Shown: in pieces, positions 17,456 to 26,540 of the stretch
Layout of the letters: every line of letters starts with the position of its first letter
How positions within the stretch are numbered: the stretch's first letter is position 1
Assembly: GCA_963710575.1 (NCBI GenBank)
Contig: CAVQAL010000010.1
Span: 71,533 to 135,532 of the forward strand
Direction: 5' to 3'
DNA: 64,000 nt
DNA from: an uncultured delta proteobacterium
GTDB taxonomy: Bacteria; Desulfobacterota; Syntrophia; Syntrophales; Smithellaceae
The notes under the pieces: generated by a model
The model's input: only the letters and a program-made list of their open reading frames with translations
The model's database searches: none
Told to the model about the DNA's origin: nothing
Position numbers and translations under genes: made by a program

Positions 17456-18643
17456 CTATATATTCTCCCTGTTAATGTGCGCGACTTTGGCAACCGGGAA
17501 GCCGTTAAAGTCCGTAGCCGAGGCTAAAGTGTAAGCGCCAATATTTTCCGCGTAAAGCAAATCGCCAATTTGCAAATCTTCCGGCAGTTCATCAGCCAGT
17601 GAGATTGTATCAAAAGCGTCGCAGGTCGGTCCAAAAGTGGCACAAAGTTTGAGTTCGCCATCTTTAAAAGCGTGAAGAGGGTATTGCTGGTGATCATAAA
17701 CCTGGCCGGAAAAAGTATGATACACGCCATCATCAAGATAATAACAAGTTTTGCCGTCGCGAATGGATTTGCCAATAATTTTTGTCACCAAGGTGCAGGC
17801 TGTGGCCACCATAAATCGGCCAGGTTCGGCAATAACCTGAATGTTGTCTTTGCCGAACAAGCGTTTAATTTCCGAATTCAATTTTTTAGCCAAAACAGAA
17901 AAAGATTTTACATCCGGTGTGTATTTAACCGGAAACCCGCCGCCAATATCCAAAACTTTTTTCTTTTTACCCTCTTTATCCGTAAAACCAATTTCAAAAT
18001 TCCGCAAAGCAACTTCCTTCAAAATAGAATGCGCAAAATTTAGCGCTTGCAAATAGTTGTCAAAATTATTGCATTGACTGCCCACGTGAAAACTAATGCC
18101 TTCCACATCCAAACCCATGCCAATGGCCTCGGCAATGAGATCCACGGCTTCGCCGGGATGTGCGCCAAATTTGGAAGACAGCTCCACCATACTTCCGGTG
18201 TTGGGCACGCGAATGCGTAAAATTAGCCCTACGTCCGGTGCGTGTTGCTTGATTTTTTTCAGTTCCTCAATATTGTCAAAAGTTACCAAAATTTTGTACG
18301 GGTTTAATTTTGTCAAAACTTTGAACGGTTTAATAGTGTTGGCGTAAATAATTTTGTCCCAAATAAAATCCTGACGTTCTTTGTCCGGCCAGGTTTCAAT
18401 ATTTTTATAAACAAGCTTGAATTCGTAAATTGAAGCCACGTCAAAGCTGGAGCCAAGGTCAAACATGGTTTTAATTATCTCAGGATTGGAATTAGCCTTA
18501 ACCGCAAAATACGGTTGCACATCCGGCAATTTTTCACGGAATTCCTTAAAATTGTTGCGCAGGATTTCGTGGTCAACCACAAACAGCGGCGTGCTGTTTT
18601 TAGCAGCCAATTCCTGCAAAAGTTTTTTCCTTGTCTCAATCAT
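17456..18643 (-). CDS. Ornithine (Orn/Lys/Arg) decarboxylase, PLP-dependent fold-type III
   Basis: The PLP-lysine motif YFAVKANSNPEI and the glycine-rich LDIGGGFP are present, with a C-terminal beta-barrel containing FGPTCDAFD. The gene sits downstream of, and overlaps, the hss-like gene. Confidence 0.8.
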   Translation of the reverse strand: MIETRKKLLQELAAKNSTPLFVVDHEILRNNFKEFREKLPDVQPYFAVKANSNPEIIKTMFDLGSSFDVASIYEFKLVYKNIETWPDKERQDFIWDKIIYANTIKPFKVLTKLNPYKILVTFDNIEELKKIKQHAPDVGLILRIRVPNTGSMVELSSKFGAHPGEAVDLIAEAIGMGLDVEGISFHVGSQCNNFDNYLQALNFAHSILKEVALRNFEIGFTDKEGKKKKVLDIGGGFPVKYTPDVKSFSVLAKKLNSEIKRLFGKDNIQVIAEPGRFMVATACTLVTKIIGKSIRDGKTCYYLDDGVYHTFSGQVYDHQQYPLHAFKDGELKLCATFGPTCDAFDTISLADELPEDLQIGDLLYAENIGAYTLASATDFNGFPVAKVAHINRENI

Positions 18644-20130
18644 GGAATAAACCGGAAGTTTTCAAATTGCCAAACGTCGGCAGTAGGCGTGTTGGCCGGG
18701 TTTTCTTTAAAATAGACTACGCGGTTTTTAATGGGAGTCCAGTCCGAGGCTTTGGAAATAAAATTGCCTAAATAAGGTTTAGAAATATCCAGAACAAAGT
18801 CGTGCGGTAAATCATCGGGTAAATTCAATCCCCTTTTCGGGTTTTCTATCATCCAAAGTACTGCGCTGATAACCCCGAGCGCTACCTGCAAAGTTGTGGC
18901 ATTTTGTCCTGGTGCCAGCCTTCTGGCTTCTTCTATGGAAAGATCGCTGCCTGTCCACCAGGAATTGTATTCATGGCCCATAAGCAAAGCGCCTAAGATA
19001 TCCGCTCCGGTAGTAATTTCATCGCCCATAATTCTTAATTTTGGCGGCAAAACATAATTTCTGCCGCGAAGTTCGTAAATGGAAGACAAAGTTTCGTGGC
19101 AAGGCATGTATGCGTAATGCACGGTGGGACGGAAAACGGCCTTTTCTTCTTCCCAAACTGTAAGCCGATCTGATAATCCAAAAGCTTCGCCATGGCGGAT
19201 AACCATGCCCACAATTTCCTGATCCGGAATCCAAGATCTGACCCAGGTGTTTATACCCATTTGCGCCAAAGCGATTTGGTTTTTTGGGCCATATGGCGGA
19301 ACATGCGCCAGGTCTGGAAGTTTTTGCTCATGTGTACCCCAGCCCATTTCCGCTGGCGCTGTGCCTTCTTCCCGAAGGCCTTCTATGCTCCAGGTGCCCA
19401 CGAATTCATCCACGTCCTTGGGACGATTAGTAATTTGCGTGTCGCGCTCGCTGCAATGAATGACTTTGATCTTTAGTTTTTGGGCAAGCAAATTAAATTT
19501 TTGGGATTTGATTAATTCTTCCAGTTCTTCTTTGCCTTTCACGGTTACCTTGCCATCAGCTATCATTTTATTTGCAATATCAATCAGTCCCTGTTTTGCA
19601 AAATGTGAAATCAGCCCTGGATTAGCGCCATGGTCAACCACTGCGCTGGTGGAGTCTTTTGGCCAGCTTTTGATCATTTCGCGGAGTTTCATTTGCCGCC
19701 AGTACAAAGATTTTTCAAACGGACTGTCTTTGTGTATCCCTTCTAAAGAATCCCAAACCTCAACGGAAGTATTGATGTACAAAATATTATTGTCATGGCA
19801 CCAGCCAATAATATCATTGGCGCCAATATTCCAGGCCAAATCTATAATCAGGCCGCCATTGTCAGTATATTTGGCAAGCTCTTTTCCCATATTTTCCGGG
19901 GTAATGCGGTTTCGGACAAATTGTACACCTTTATCAGTAAATTTCTTTAAACTTTGGACTTTGTCTTCAAAATCCATAATAGTGACATTTTTCGGGTCCA
20001 CTTTCAAATGCTCAAAAAGAATTGGCAAAGTGCATTGCGAAACCGAGCCATAGCCGATAATTAAAATTTTGTGGTCAAATTTTTTCTTAGTCATTTTTTT
20101 GATCCGTATCCGCCGAATAATAGTGTTCAA
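18640..20130 (-). CDS. hss: Homospermidine synthase-like (saccharopine dehydrogenase fold)
   Basis: About 480-496 aa with an N-terminal Rossmann motif KILIIGYGSVSQCTLPIL. Its size and its pairing with ODC fit bacterial homospermidine synthase. The start is TTG at 20130 or ATG at 20094 (MTKKKF). Confidence 0.7.
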   Translation of the reverse strand: MNTIIRRIRIKKMTKKKFDHKILIIGYGSVSQCTLPILFEHLKVDPKNVTIMDFEDKVQSLKKFTDKGVQFVRNRITPENMGKELAKYTDNGGLIIDLAWNIGANDIIGWCHDNNILYINTSVEVWDSLEGIHKDSPFEKSLYWRQMKLREMIKSWPKDSTSAVVDHGANPGLISHFAKQGLIDIANKMIADGKVTVKGKEELEELIKSQKFNLLAQKLKIKVIHCSERDTQITNRPKDVDEFVGTWSIEGLREEGTAPAEMGWGTHEQKLPDLAHVPPYGPKNQIALAQMGINTWVRSWIPDQEIVGMVIRHGEAFGLSDRLTVWEEEKAVFRPTVHYAYMPCHETLSSIYELRGRNYVLPPKLRIMGDEITTGADILGALLMGHEYNSWWTGSDLSIEEARRLAPGQNATTLQVALGVISAVLWMIENPKRGLNLPDDLPHDFVLDISKPYLGNFISKASDWTPIKNRVVYFKENPANTPTADVWQFENFRFIP

Positions 20131-20169
20131 GCTTGTTTTATTTTTTTAAGAGATTGCTTTTAGAGGGTT

Positions 20170-20220
20170 GAACTATAGGAATTACGGTCTTGTGTCAAGG
20201 AAATCTTGGCCACAAAATGT
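20170..20220 (-). promoter_or_regulatory. Promoter with shared upstream module (hss-ODC operon)
   Basis: The minus strand reads ACATTTTGTGGCCAAGATTTCCTTGACAcaagac..., which is 27/28 identical to 37690-37717. The -10 is either TATAGT (15-nt spacer) or TAGTTC (17-nt spacer). Confidence 0.5.
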
Positions 20221-20283
20221 AGGGTCGAATTATGTTTATTACCGATTGAAATGTAGCGTGAATTGAGAAAATAAGAAAAATAA

Positions 20284-20772
20284 CATTTTCCAATTATCAT
20301 CAATGGATCCAGCATAAATGGTGCACCTTATCATCCCGGAATCATTCAAGACATCTCATTGGATGGATTATGTGTCTGCGTTCCGAAAGACTTCAGCCAC
20401 GGGATCAATTTTCACGACAAGGCACACTTCGACATCGTCTTCGCCCTTCCGGAAGAAACCAGCCCCTTCAGCGGGCAATGTAGACCTCATCACTTTGTTG
20501 ATAAAAAGAATGAAATCCTTATCGGTGCTACGTTTTTGGATAAAGGTGACAAATGGAATCCATTACTACAGAAATATTTGAGTTTGAAAGCAGGTGCATT
20601 TGTCACAAAATCAAATCTAATTTTCATATTTGCTCCATTTTGGGAATTGTCGTCAGGTGCGGTGCCCTATTATATCGCATCATTCCACTGCTTAATGATT
20701 CCGCCGCAGACAGGCCACAATTTTTTTATTCACTGCCCTTTCAGTGAAATATTACTATCCGCAAAATCATAG
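20284..20772 (+). pseudogene. PilZ-domain gene remnant (paralog of the C-terminal half of 23267-23755)
   Basis: The frame opens after the TAA at 20281 and has no ATG. GIIQDISLDGLCVCVPKDFSHGINFHDKAHFDIVFALPEETSP...LLQKYL aligns with GAITDISLGGVKVLIPKDF...FDIIFNLPIENKP...ALQNYL. The RxxxR half and the RHH domain are missing, and the reading frame runs on past the homologous stop. Confidence 0.4.
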
Positions 20773-20845
20773 TGCACGCTAAAATGTAAATGTTTTCTTT
20801 GTTGCAAAAATTAATCCCCTAAGGTACAAAAACACAAGTAATCAA

Positions 20846-20962
20846 TCATACCATTTCGATTTCAAAGGATAACGCGGCAGCAAGGAGGAGGCTCCGCAGG
20901 CGTATATGAAAATACGTTGAGGAAGCCGACGACGCTGCCAACAAAGTTAGCCAAAGAAAGCG
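20846..20962 (-). repeat. Hairpin repeat family C, copy 2
   Basis: The reverse complement cgtcgtcggcttcctcaacgtattttcatatacgcctgcggagcctcctccttgctgccgcgttatcc matches 12701-12843 minus the nested module. Confidence 0.8.
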
Positions 20963-20984
20963 AATTGGTATCAGGAGAAATATT

Positions 20985-22334
20985 ATGAATAAATTATTCG
21001 GCACCGACGGAATCAGAGGAATTGCCAATGAATATCCCATGACCACTGAGATTGCCTTAAATGTCGGCCGGGCTATAGCCTATCTTTCCAAAAGAAAAGG
21101 ACACACCCCTCGAATAATTATCGGCAGGGACACCAGGCTCTCCGGCGATATGTTTGAAAGCGCGATCATCTCCGGCATTTGCTCGATGGGCGTCAACGCT
21201 ATTTCCGTGGGTGTAATGCCCACACCGGGTATCGCCTTTTTAACTCACGATATGCGAGCCGACGCGGGCATTGTTATTTCCGCCTCCCACAATCCATCGC
21301 AGGATAACGGCATAAAAATTTTCAACAATGAAGGCTTTAAGCTTTCCGATGAAAAAGAAAATCAAATCGAGGAACTCATTTTTGCCAACAATATGCACAA
21401 GCTTCATCCCGTCCCCAAAGAGTTAGGTAAAGTATCCCGGCTGGATGATGCCGCCGGACGTTACGTGGATTTCCTGAAATCCACCTTTCCGCAGGATATC
21501 AATCCGGAAGGCATGAAAGTCGTTCTGGATTGCAGCAATGGCGCAACTTATCGCGTGGCCCCCGAAGTTTTTGCGGAACTGGGTGTTGAGGTTACCACTC
21601 TTTTTAATCAGCCCGACGGCAAAAACATCAACCTCAATTGTGGTTCGCAGCATATTGAAAGCCTGGCTGCCGAAGTACTGCGGCAGAAGGCCGATGTGGG
21701 CTTTGCGTTCGATGGTGACGGCGACCGGGTAATTGCAGTGGATGAAAAAGGAACGGTTCTTACCGGCGACCGGATGCTGGCCATTTGCTCAGTCATTTTG
21801 AAAAAAGAAGGAAAACTGAAAAATAATTTAGCTGTCCGTACAGTCATGAGCAATCTGGGTTTGACCGTTGCCTTTCAGGAACTGGGCATTGATTCCGTTT
21901 TTGCTAACGTGGGCGACCGCTTCGTCCTGGAAGAAATGCTCTCTAGAGGCGCCATCATCGGCGGCGAAGATTCCGGTCATTTAATTTTTCTGCAACACCA
22001 TACCACAGGCGACGGTTTGATTACGGCCCTGCAGGTTCTGGCCGCGATGAAAACAGAAGACAAATTTCTATCGAAGTTAGCGCACGTGATGAAGGTGTTT
22101 CCGCAAATGCTCATCAACATTGACGTAAAAAGAAAGCCGGAAATTGAAACCGTGCCGGAAATTATGTCCGCCATCAAGAAAGCGGAAAAAGCGCTGGGAG
22201 ATAAAGGCCGCGTGCTTGTGCGCTACTCCGGCACCCAGAACATGTGCCGCGTGATGGTCGAAGGCCCCACAAAAAAAGAAACCGAAACCCACTGCCGTCA
22301 AATCGCAGATGTAGTGAAAAAAATGCTGGCCTGA
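20985..22334 (+). CDS. glmM: Phosphoglucosamine mutase
   Basis: The N-terminus LFGTDGIRG, the phosphoserine loop SASHNPSQDNGIK, the metal loop FDGDGDR and GGEDSGH are all present. AGGAG precedes the ATG. Confidence 0.93.
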   Translation: MNKLFGTDGIRGIANEYPMTTEIALNVGRAIAYLSKRKGHTPRIIIGRDTRLSGDMFESAIISGICSMGVNAISVGVMPTPGIAFLTHDMRADAGIVISASHNPSQDNGIKIFNNEGFKLSDEKENQIEELIFANNMHKLHPVPKELGKVSRLDDAAGRYVDFLKSTFPQDINPEGMKVVLDCSNGATYRVAPEVFAELGVEVTTLFNQPDGKNINLNCGSQHIESLAAEVLRQKADVGFAFDGDGDRVIAVDEKGTVLTGDRMLAICSVILKKEGKLKNNLAVRTVMSNLGLTVAFQELGIDSVFANVGDRFVLEEMLSRGAIIGGEDSGHLIFLQHHTTGDGLITALQVLAAMKTEDKFLSKLAHVMKVFPQMLINIDVKRKPEIETVPEIMSAIKKAEKALGDKGRVLVRYSGTQNMCRVMVEGPTKKETETHCRQIADVVKKMLA

Positions 22335-22559
22335 ATGGAAACAGATAATCTCATAAGCATAGGGGATGGAGCGTTTGGATGCCTCTTCAACTGTCACATT
22401 TCTAGTTTGTTAAATATTTTCTGGATTCCCGTCTGTGTTGCCTGAAGGTCACATGAGGTCATTCCCGCGTCGAAATTGGTAAACTGAAGTAAGATTAATT
22501 CTTAAAAAGAGGTGATTCTCATGAGGAAGATTATATATGGTATAGCGCATGAATTCACT

Positions 22560-22646
22560 TGGTGCCGGAGCTCGGAATCGAACCGAGATGTCCTTGCGAA
22601 CGGGGGATTTTGAGTCCCCTGCGTCTACCAGTTTCACCACTCCGGC
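22560..22646 (-). tRNA. tRNA-Leu (anticodon CAA)
   Basis: The reverse complement is gccggagtggtgaaactggtagacgc-aggggaCTCAAAAtcccc-long variable arm-ggttcgattccgagctccggcacca. It is a type II tRNA with anticodon loop ctCAAaa, and the CCA end is encoded. Confidence 0.93.
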
Positions 22647-22656
22647 ACGGTCAGCG

Positions 22657-22684
22657 ATTATATAGACGGGGTATAAAAAGTCAA
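22657..22684 (-). promoter_or_regulatory. Sigma70-type promoter for tRNA-Leu
   Basis: The minus strand reads TTGACT-N16-TATAAT and ends about 10 nt upstream of the tRNA 5' end. Confidence 0.6.
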
Positions 22685-22751
22685 GCTAAAAACTGTTGAC
22701 AAGCCATAAATGCACATGTTAAGTGGGCTGCTCAATTCAAGAAGTCTTATT

Positions 22752-22827
22752 GGGGCTGTAGCTCAGCTGGGAGAGCGCTTGAATGGCATTCAAGAGGCCA
22801 GCGGTTCGATCCCGCTCAGCTCCACCA
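22752..22827 (+). tRNA. tRNA-Ala (anticodon GGC)
   Basis: The sequence is ggggctgtagctcagctgggagagcgcttgaatGGCattcaag...ttcgatcccgctcagctccacca. The G3:U70 identity pair is present, and a TTGACA box lies at 22696-22701 upstream. Confidence 0.95.
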
Positions 22828-23266
22828 GGAACATATCCAAGATAATCCAAGGAAGTGCAAAAACCCGTTAGAAATAGCGGGTATTTTGTTGCTTTTAGTC
22901 CAAGGAGGTGTTAATTGTGGATCACCATTTGCATAGTTGTATTTGACAGCGCTAATGAACGAAACAAAGATTTGATCCATCCTTTCTATACTTTTCGATA
23001 ATTTATAAATTGAAACAAAAAAAGCCGCCCTGGAAATAATGAGACGGCTCAAAATGAAAATGAGAGTATTTGCTGTCGTAATTCTTTACAATTCAGCGCA
23101 GGCATTGTATAAGGAAAACCATTCATCCCTGTTATTGTAGTTTTCGAATAAAAAAAAGACAATGATTGAAAGGCTTAACATCAATAACCGGCCGGAAATG
23201 ATTTATCAGGCACAGTTTATGCTTTTTAGTGTTGAATTAGATATTTATTGAATATAAGGTATCCTC

Positions 23267-23755
23267 ATGAAAAAAGACAGCCTCATATGTTTTCGTGCCA
23301 GCAGTGATTTGCATGAGTCCCTGGCTCAAATTGCAAAAGAAGACCGGCGGTCTTTATCATCAACGATTGAAATGGCTCTGAACAATTACCTTAAAGAGAG
23401 GAGAGCATTTCCTGGTGTTGAAAAAGAAAAACGTCAATATCCGAGAAAGACTCTTTCTGTTTCGGCTGTGATTAATCAACAGAAGCCTGGGCAAATGGGC
23501 ATAGGAGCCATAACAGATATTTCTCTTGGCGGTGTAAAAGTTTTAATTCCCAAAGATTTTAAGCAACAGATCATTATTGATTCGCAAAATTCAAGATTTG
23601 ACATTATTTTCAATTTGCCTATTGAGAACAAGCCTATAAGGTTGTCTTGTGAGTCGAACAGAGTTATTGACACCGAAGACAGCATTAATGTCGGGGCTTT
23701 CTTTGTAGATGCTGATTTTAAGGGTTATAAAGCCCTTCAAAACTACCTGATGTAA
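23267..23755 (+). CDS. Ribbon-helix-helix (CopG-like) + PilZ domain fusion protein
   Basis: The N-terminus SLICFRASSDLHESLAQIAKEDRRSLSSTIEMALNNYLKE is RHH-like. It is followed by both halves of the PilZ c-di-GMP motif: RQYPR (RxxxR) and, about 22 residues later, DISLGG (DxSxxG). Confidence 0.7.
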   Translation: MKKDSLICFRASSDLHESLAQIAKEDRRSLSSTIEMALNNYLKERRAFPGVEKEKRQYPRKTLSVSAVINQQKPGQMGIGAITDISLGGVKVLIPKDFKQQIIIDSQNSRFDIIFNLPIENKPIRLSCESNRVIDTEDSINVGAFFVDADFKGYKALQNYLM

Positions 23756-23853
23756 AACCTTGTCTTACTTTTCTCTTTCATTAATATTTATAATATAATT
23801 ATCATATTAATATATCTATCCTTATTAAATTATCTAATGGTAATATTTTAATA

Positions 23854-23973
23854 TGTCGGAATTCTTTACAAAAACGCAATAAATTGTAATACATTGTAAA
23901 ATCATAGTTTTATCCCTAAATATGACCCTATACATACCCCATCAAACAATAAAATGTGTCGGAATATTTTACA
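23854..23973 (+). promoter_or_regulatory. Pair of TGT-N11-ACA sites (candidate enhancer-binding-protein UAS)
   Basis: TGTCGGAATTCTTTACA (23854-23870) and TGTCGGAATATTTTACA (23957-23973) are 15/17 identical. Their centres are 103 bp apart, and they lie about 65-180 bp upstream of the -24/-12 element. Confidence 0.4.
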
Positions 23974-24035
23974 TAATTATTTAAGCTATCAATGCATCAA
24001 TATAAAATTACAATAAAATTAAATAGTTGTACAAT

Positions 24036-24051
24036 TGGCATGTCAAATGCA
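24036..24051 (+). promoter_or_regulatory. Sigma54-type -24/-12 promoter
   Basis: TGGCATGtcaaATGCA compares with the consensus TGGCACG-N4-TTGCW, with correct GG-N10-GC spacing. It lies 70 nt upstream of the PEP-CTERM gene ATG. Confidence 0.6.
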
Positions 24052-24120
24052 TATAGTATCATCATTAATATAAAAACATTGAGAAAAGAGAGAGAAACAA
24101 AAGAAAAGGAGGTTTATGAG

Positions 24121-24771
24121 ATGAAATTAAAGAATTGTTTTGTAATTTGCATTCTAGCTTTTATCTGTTTCGCTGCAACGGCTTCGGCGTCCATCATAGA
24201 ATACACTGATATGGCATCCTTTGATGCTGCTGTCTCGGGCACGACCCAGTACAACTTCGATAGCGTCGTCAGCCCCAATACCTATTTAATCGGCAGTACT
24301 ACCGTTGGAGGCGTCACATTTGATACCTTAGCCAACACCACCAACATTCCTTTTCTCTTCGGCTCCAATTACTATCAAAACACATTGGGGGGCGCATCAT
24401 TCTTCTCCGGCCAGACAACTACAGACTTTAATCTATCATACGTGACAGTGGCATCTACTGGCGTGACAGCGATAGGTTTTTACTATAGTCCTGCTGATGA
24501 TGCAGGTGGGGCAATCACTGTGACTATCAACGGCGTCATTTACTCCCTTGCTATACCGGCGTTCAATACTACCGATTTCGTCGGCTTTACTTCGGACACG
24601 CCGATCACGAGCCTTACCTTTTCCGAATCAGGAGATGGTATGGATATAACACAATTTGTCTTGGGCACGGCTAGTCCTACCACGACTTCGGTGCCCGAAC
24701 CCGCCACGATGCTTCTTCTTGGCCTTGGTCTAATGGGATTAGCAGGAGTAAGGAGAAAGTTTAAGAATTAA
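24121..24771 (+). CDS. PEP-CTERM sorting-domain secreted protein
   Basis: The start is moved to the ATG after AAGGAGG (MKLKNCFVICILAFICFAATASA is a signal peptide). The C-terminus VPEPATMLLLGLGLMGLAGVRRKFKN is a PEP motif plus TM helix plus basic tail. Confidence 0.85.
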   Translation: MKLKNCFVICILAFICFAATASASIIEYTDMASFDAAVSGTTQYNFDSVVSPNTYLIGSTTVGGVTFDTLANTTNIPFLFGSNYYQNTLGGASFFSGQTTTDFNLSYVTVASTGVTAIGFYYSPADDAGGAITVTINGVIYSLAIPAFNTTDFVGFTSDTPITSLTFSESGDGMDITQFVLGTASPTTTSVPEPATMLLLGLGLMGLAGVRRKFKN

Positions 24772-24795
24772 ATTCATCTACGTTTTAAAACAAAA

Positions 24796-24828
24796 GGCAG
24801 GGCCGATTGGCTCTGCCTTTTTTATTTT
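24796..24828 (+). terminator. Rho-independent terminator
   Basis: GGCAGGGCC-gatt-GGCTCTGCC forms a 9-bp stem with one mismatch. It is followed by TTTTTTATTTT. Confidence 0.7.
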
Positions 24829-24938
24829 ATGAGATAACGATTATGGTTTGAGAGTGTATTAGCTTGCAGAATGAGAAAAACAAAATTACAGCAAGAAATG
24901 TTTGTTGTGCCCATGATCTTGTTGATGGTGCTACTATA

Positions 24939-26540
24939 CTAAAAATGAAAATCTAGATCCACTCCCCAAAAGTAATTTTTCTGGCGTTCACCCTGAATAT
25001 TACCATAGTTATTGATGTCTTCATAAGCACACCGAAGGGTGATTTTTGTGTTTGGTCTGATTTGGTAACCAATTTCTCCGGAATACGTAAAATCAAACTG
25101 CGGATAATTTTTTGTTTGAATGCCGCTTTTTACACGGTCAAAACTCAGTTTGTAAGATAATAGGTCAAAGTTTTGAGACCATTCGATGAAAATATCTTCA
25201 GCATCGCTACCTATATGATCGCCGAAGACCTGACCCTCGTATCTCATGGGATATGAATCATGGTTATACCAGACAAACGGCGCACCGTAGGGCGATAAAA
25301 TGGCATATTCTCCGCGAAAGACCGCCCGCTCTAATGCAAAGGGCTTGTAAAACGCAAAACCGGTGACATAAGCTCTTTTGTCCGGCGGATAACCGGTATC
25401 TTCCGCGCCGACTTCACAGTAAAGTTTTATGCCATCAACCAGGAGAATGTAATTTTTGAGGTTCGGTATGGTCAAGGCAAAGTCAATGGCAAACTCCTGG
25501 TTACTGTCCGTTTTCGAATTTATGCCTTGGTTAGTGTTACTATAGAGTGTCGTGATGATCTCGCCTAAGCTCATGTCACTCCGTCCCGACCCGCCGAAAA
25601 GGACCAGATGAGATGCGCCCAGTTCCAGATAAGGATGAGGTTTAATGCCCAGCCGTAAGCCGTAATAGAAAGGATTGGCCAGCTCACTACCTGGTCGGTC
25701 GTCATTGAGCTGAGAAAAAACCAGATTAAATTGTGCAGGTCCCAGGTAAGAAAAAATCCACGGCAGAAGGACCGGTTCCGGATTGGATAATTTGATCATG
25801 TCCATGGGGGGGGCATTGTTGGACATAAGCAGCGCAGCATGATAACCCGGTCCCCACCATAGGGAATCTCTGCCTACTTCCACTTCAAAATTATAGATGT
25901 TTAGTTTTACGTATCCTTTGTGCAGTTGCAAGTTTGTGCTGCCGCCATCTGCGGCGTAGGTTGTGGAATCGCCATACGCATAATTTGTGGATGTAAACGT
26001 CCAACCGGAGTGCTGATTGTATATCAAAGCGGGTTGCACAAAGAAGGAAAACACGTCCCAGAGCCTTGCCTCTGCTTGGAATTGAATCATAGCGTTGCTG
26101 CCTTCGCCGTAATGGATCCCTTCATTGTTGTAAATGGAAAAAGGGCCGTTCAGATAATTGTAGGAAACGGAAAAGGCTTCTACCGGTTTCACAAATGTGC
26201 TGCCGGTGTGCTGGGGAGATCGCGCCTCGGCAATTTCCGCTTCGAAAAGCTTCGCGTAATGCTCCCGAATATTTCTGCAAGTCGCGGATTTATTTTCCAT
26301 CGCGTCACATTTATCCAGTGCCGCGAGAATTTGTTTTCCGGCTTCACTTCTGGTAAGAGGCTTGATCGAAGAAATTTGGCTTTCGATAAGTCCTTCCGCG
26401 GTCCAGAATTCCATGTCGCGGTAAAGATCATTCTCCAGCGTAACATTTGTTGAGGAAGCCGCATGGGACGAAAAAACAAATGCAATCGGTGTCAAAAAAA
26501 GTGCAGATAGGATAATTAGTATTGCATTTTTTATATTCAC
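24939..26540 (-). CDS. Outer-membrane beta-barrel protein, capsule-assembly Wzi-like
   Basis: The signal peptide MNIKNAILIILSALFLTPIAFVFSSHA precedes an N-terminal helical segment (DLYRDMEFWTAEGLI...KPLTRSEA) that resembles the Wzi family. The protein ends in an aromatic-rich beta-barrel with terminal ...DLDFHF. It has a GTG start. Confidence 0.55.
   Translation of the reverse strand: MNIKNAILIILSALFLTPIAFVFSSHAASSTNVTLENDLYRDMEFWTAEGLIESQISSIKPLTRSEAGKQILAALDKCDAMENKSATCRNIREHYAKLFEAEIAEARSPQHTGSTFVKPVEAFSVSYNYLNGPFSIYNNEGIHYGEGSNAMIQFQAEARLWDVFSFFVQPALIYNQHSGWTFTSTNYAYGDSTTYAADGGSTNLQLHKGYVKLNIYNFEVEVGRDSLWWGPGYHAALLMSNNAPPMDMIKLSNPEPVLLPWIFSYLGPAQFNLVFSQLNDDRPGSELANPFYYGLRLGIKPHPYLELGASHLVLFGGSGRSDMSLGEIITTLYSNTNQGINSKTDSNQEFAIDFALTIPNLKNYILLVDGIKLYCEVGAEDTGYPPDKRAYVTGFAFYKPFALERAVFRGEYAILSPYGAPFVWYNHDSYPMRYEGQVFGDHIGSDAEDIFIEWSQNFDLLSYKLSFDRVKSGIQTKNYPQFDFTYSGEIGYQIRPNTKITLRCAYEDINNYGNIQGERQKNYFWGVDLDFHF

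Noticed and set aside
20318-20581. An 87-aa plus-strand ORF with an ATG start overlapping the PilZ remnant.
   Set aside because: Its frame gives a Ser/Thr-rich sequence with no homology. The overlapping frame (20284 onward) shows clear PilZ homology to the 23267 protein and is the ancestral coding frame.
22816-23052. A 78-aa minus-strand ORF downstream of tRNA-Ala.
   Set aside because: It overlaps the tRNA 3' end, has no RBS and no recognisable domain. It sits in a spacer with weak hairpins.
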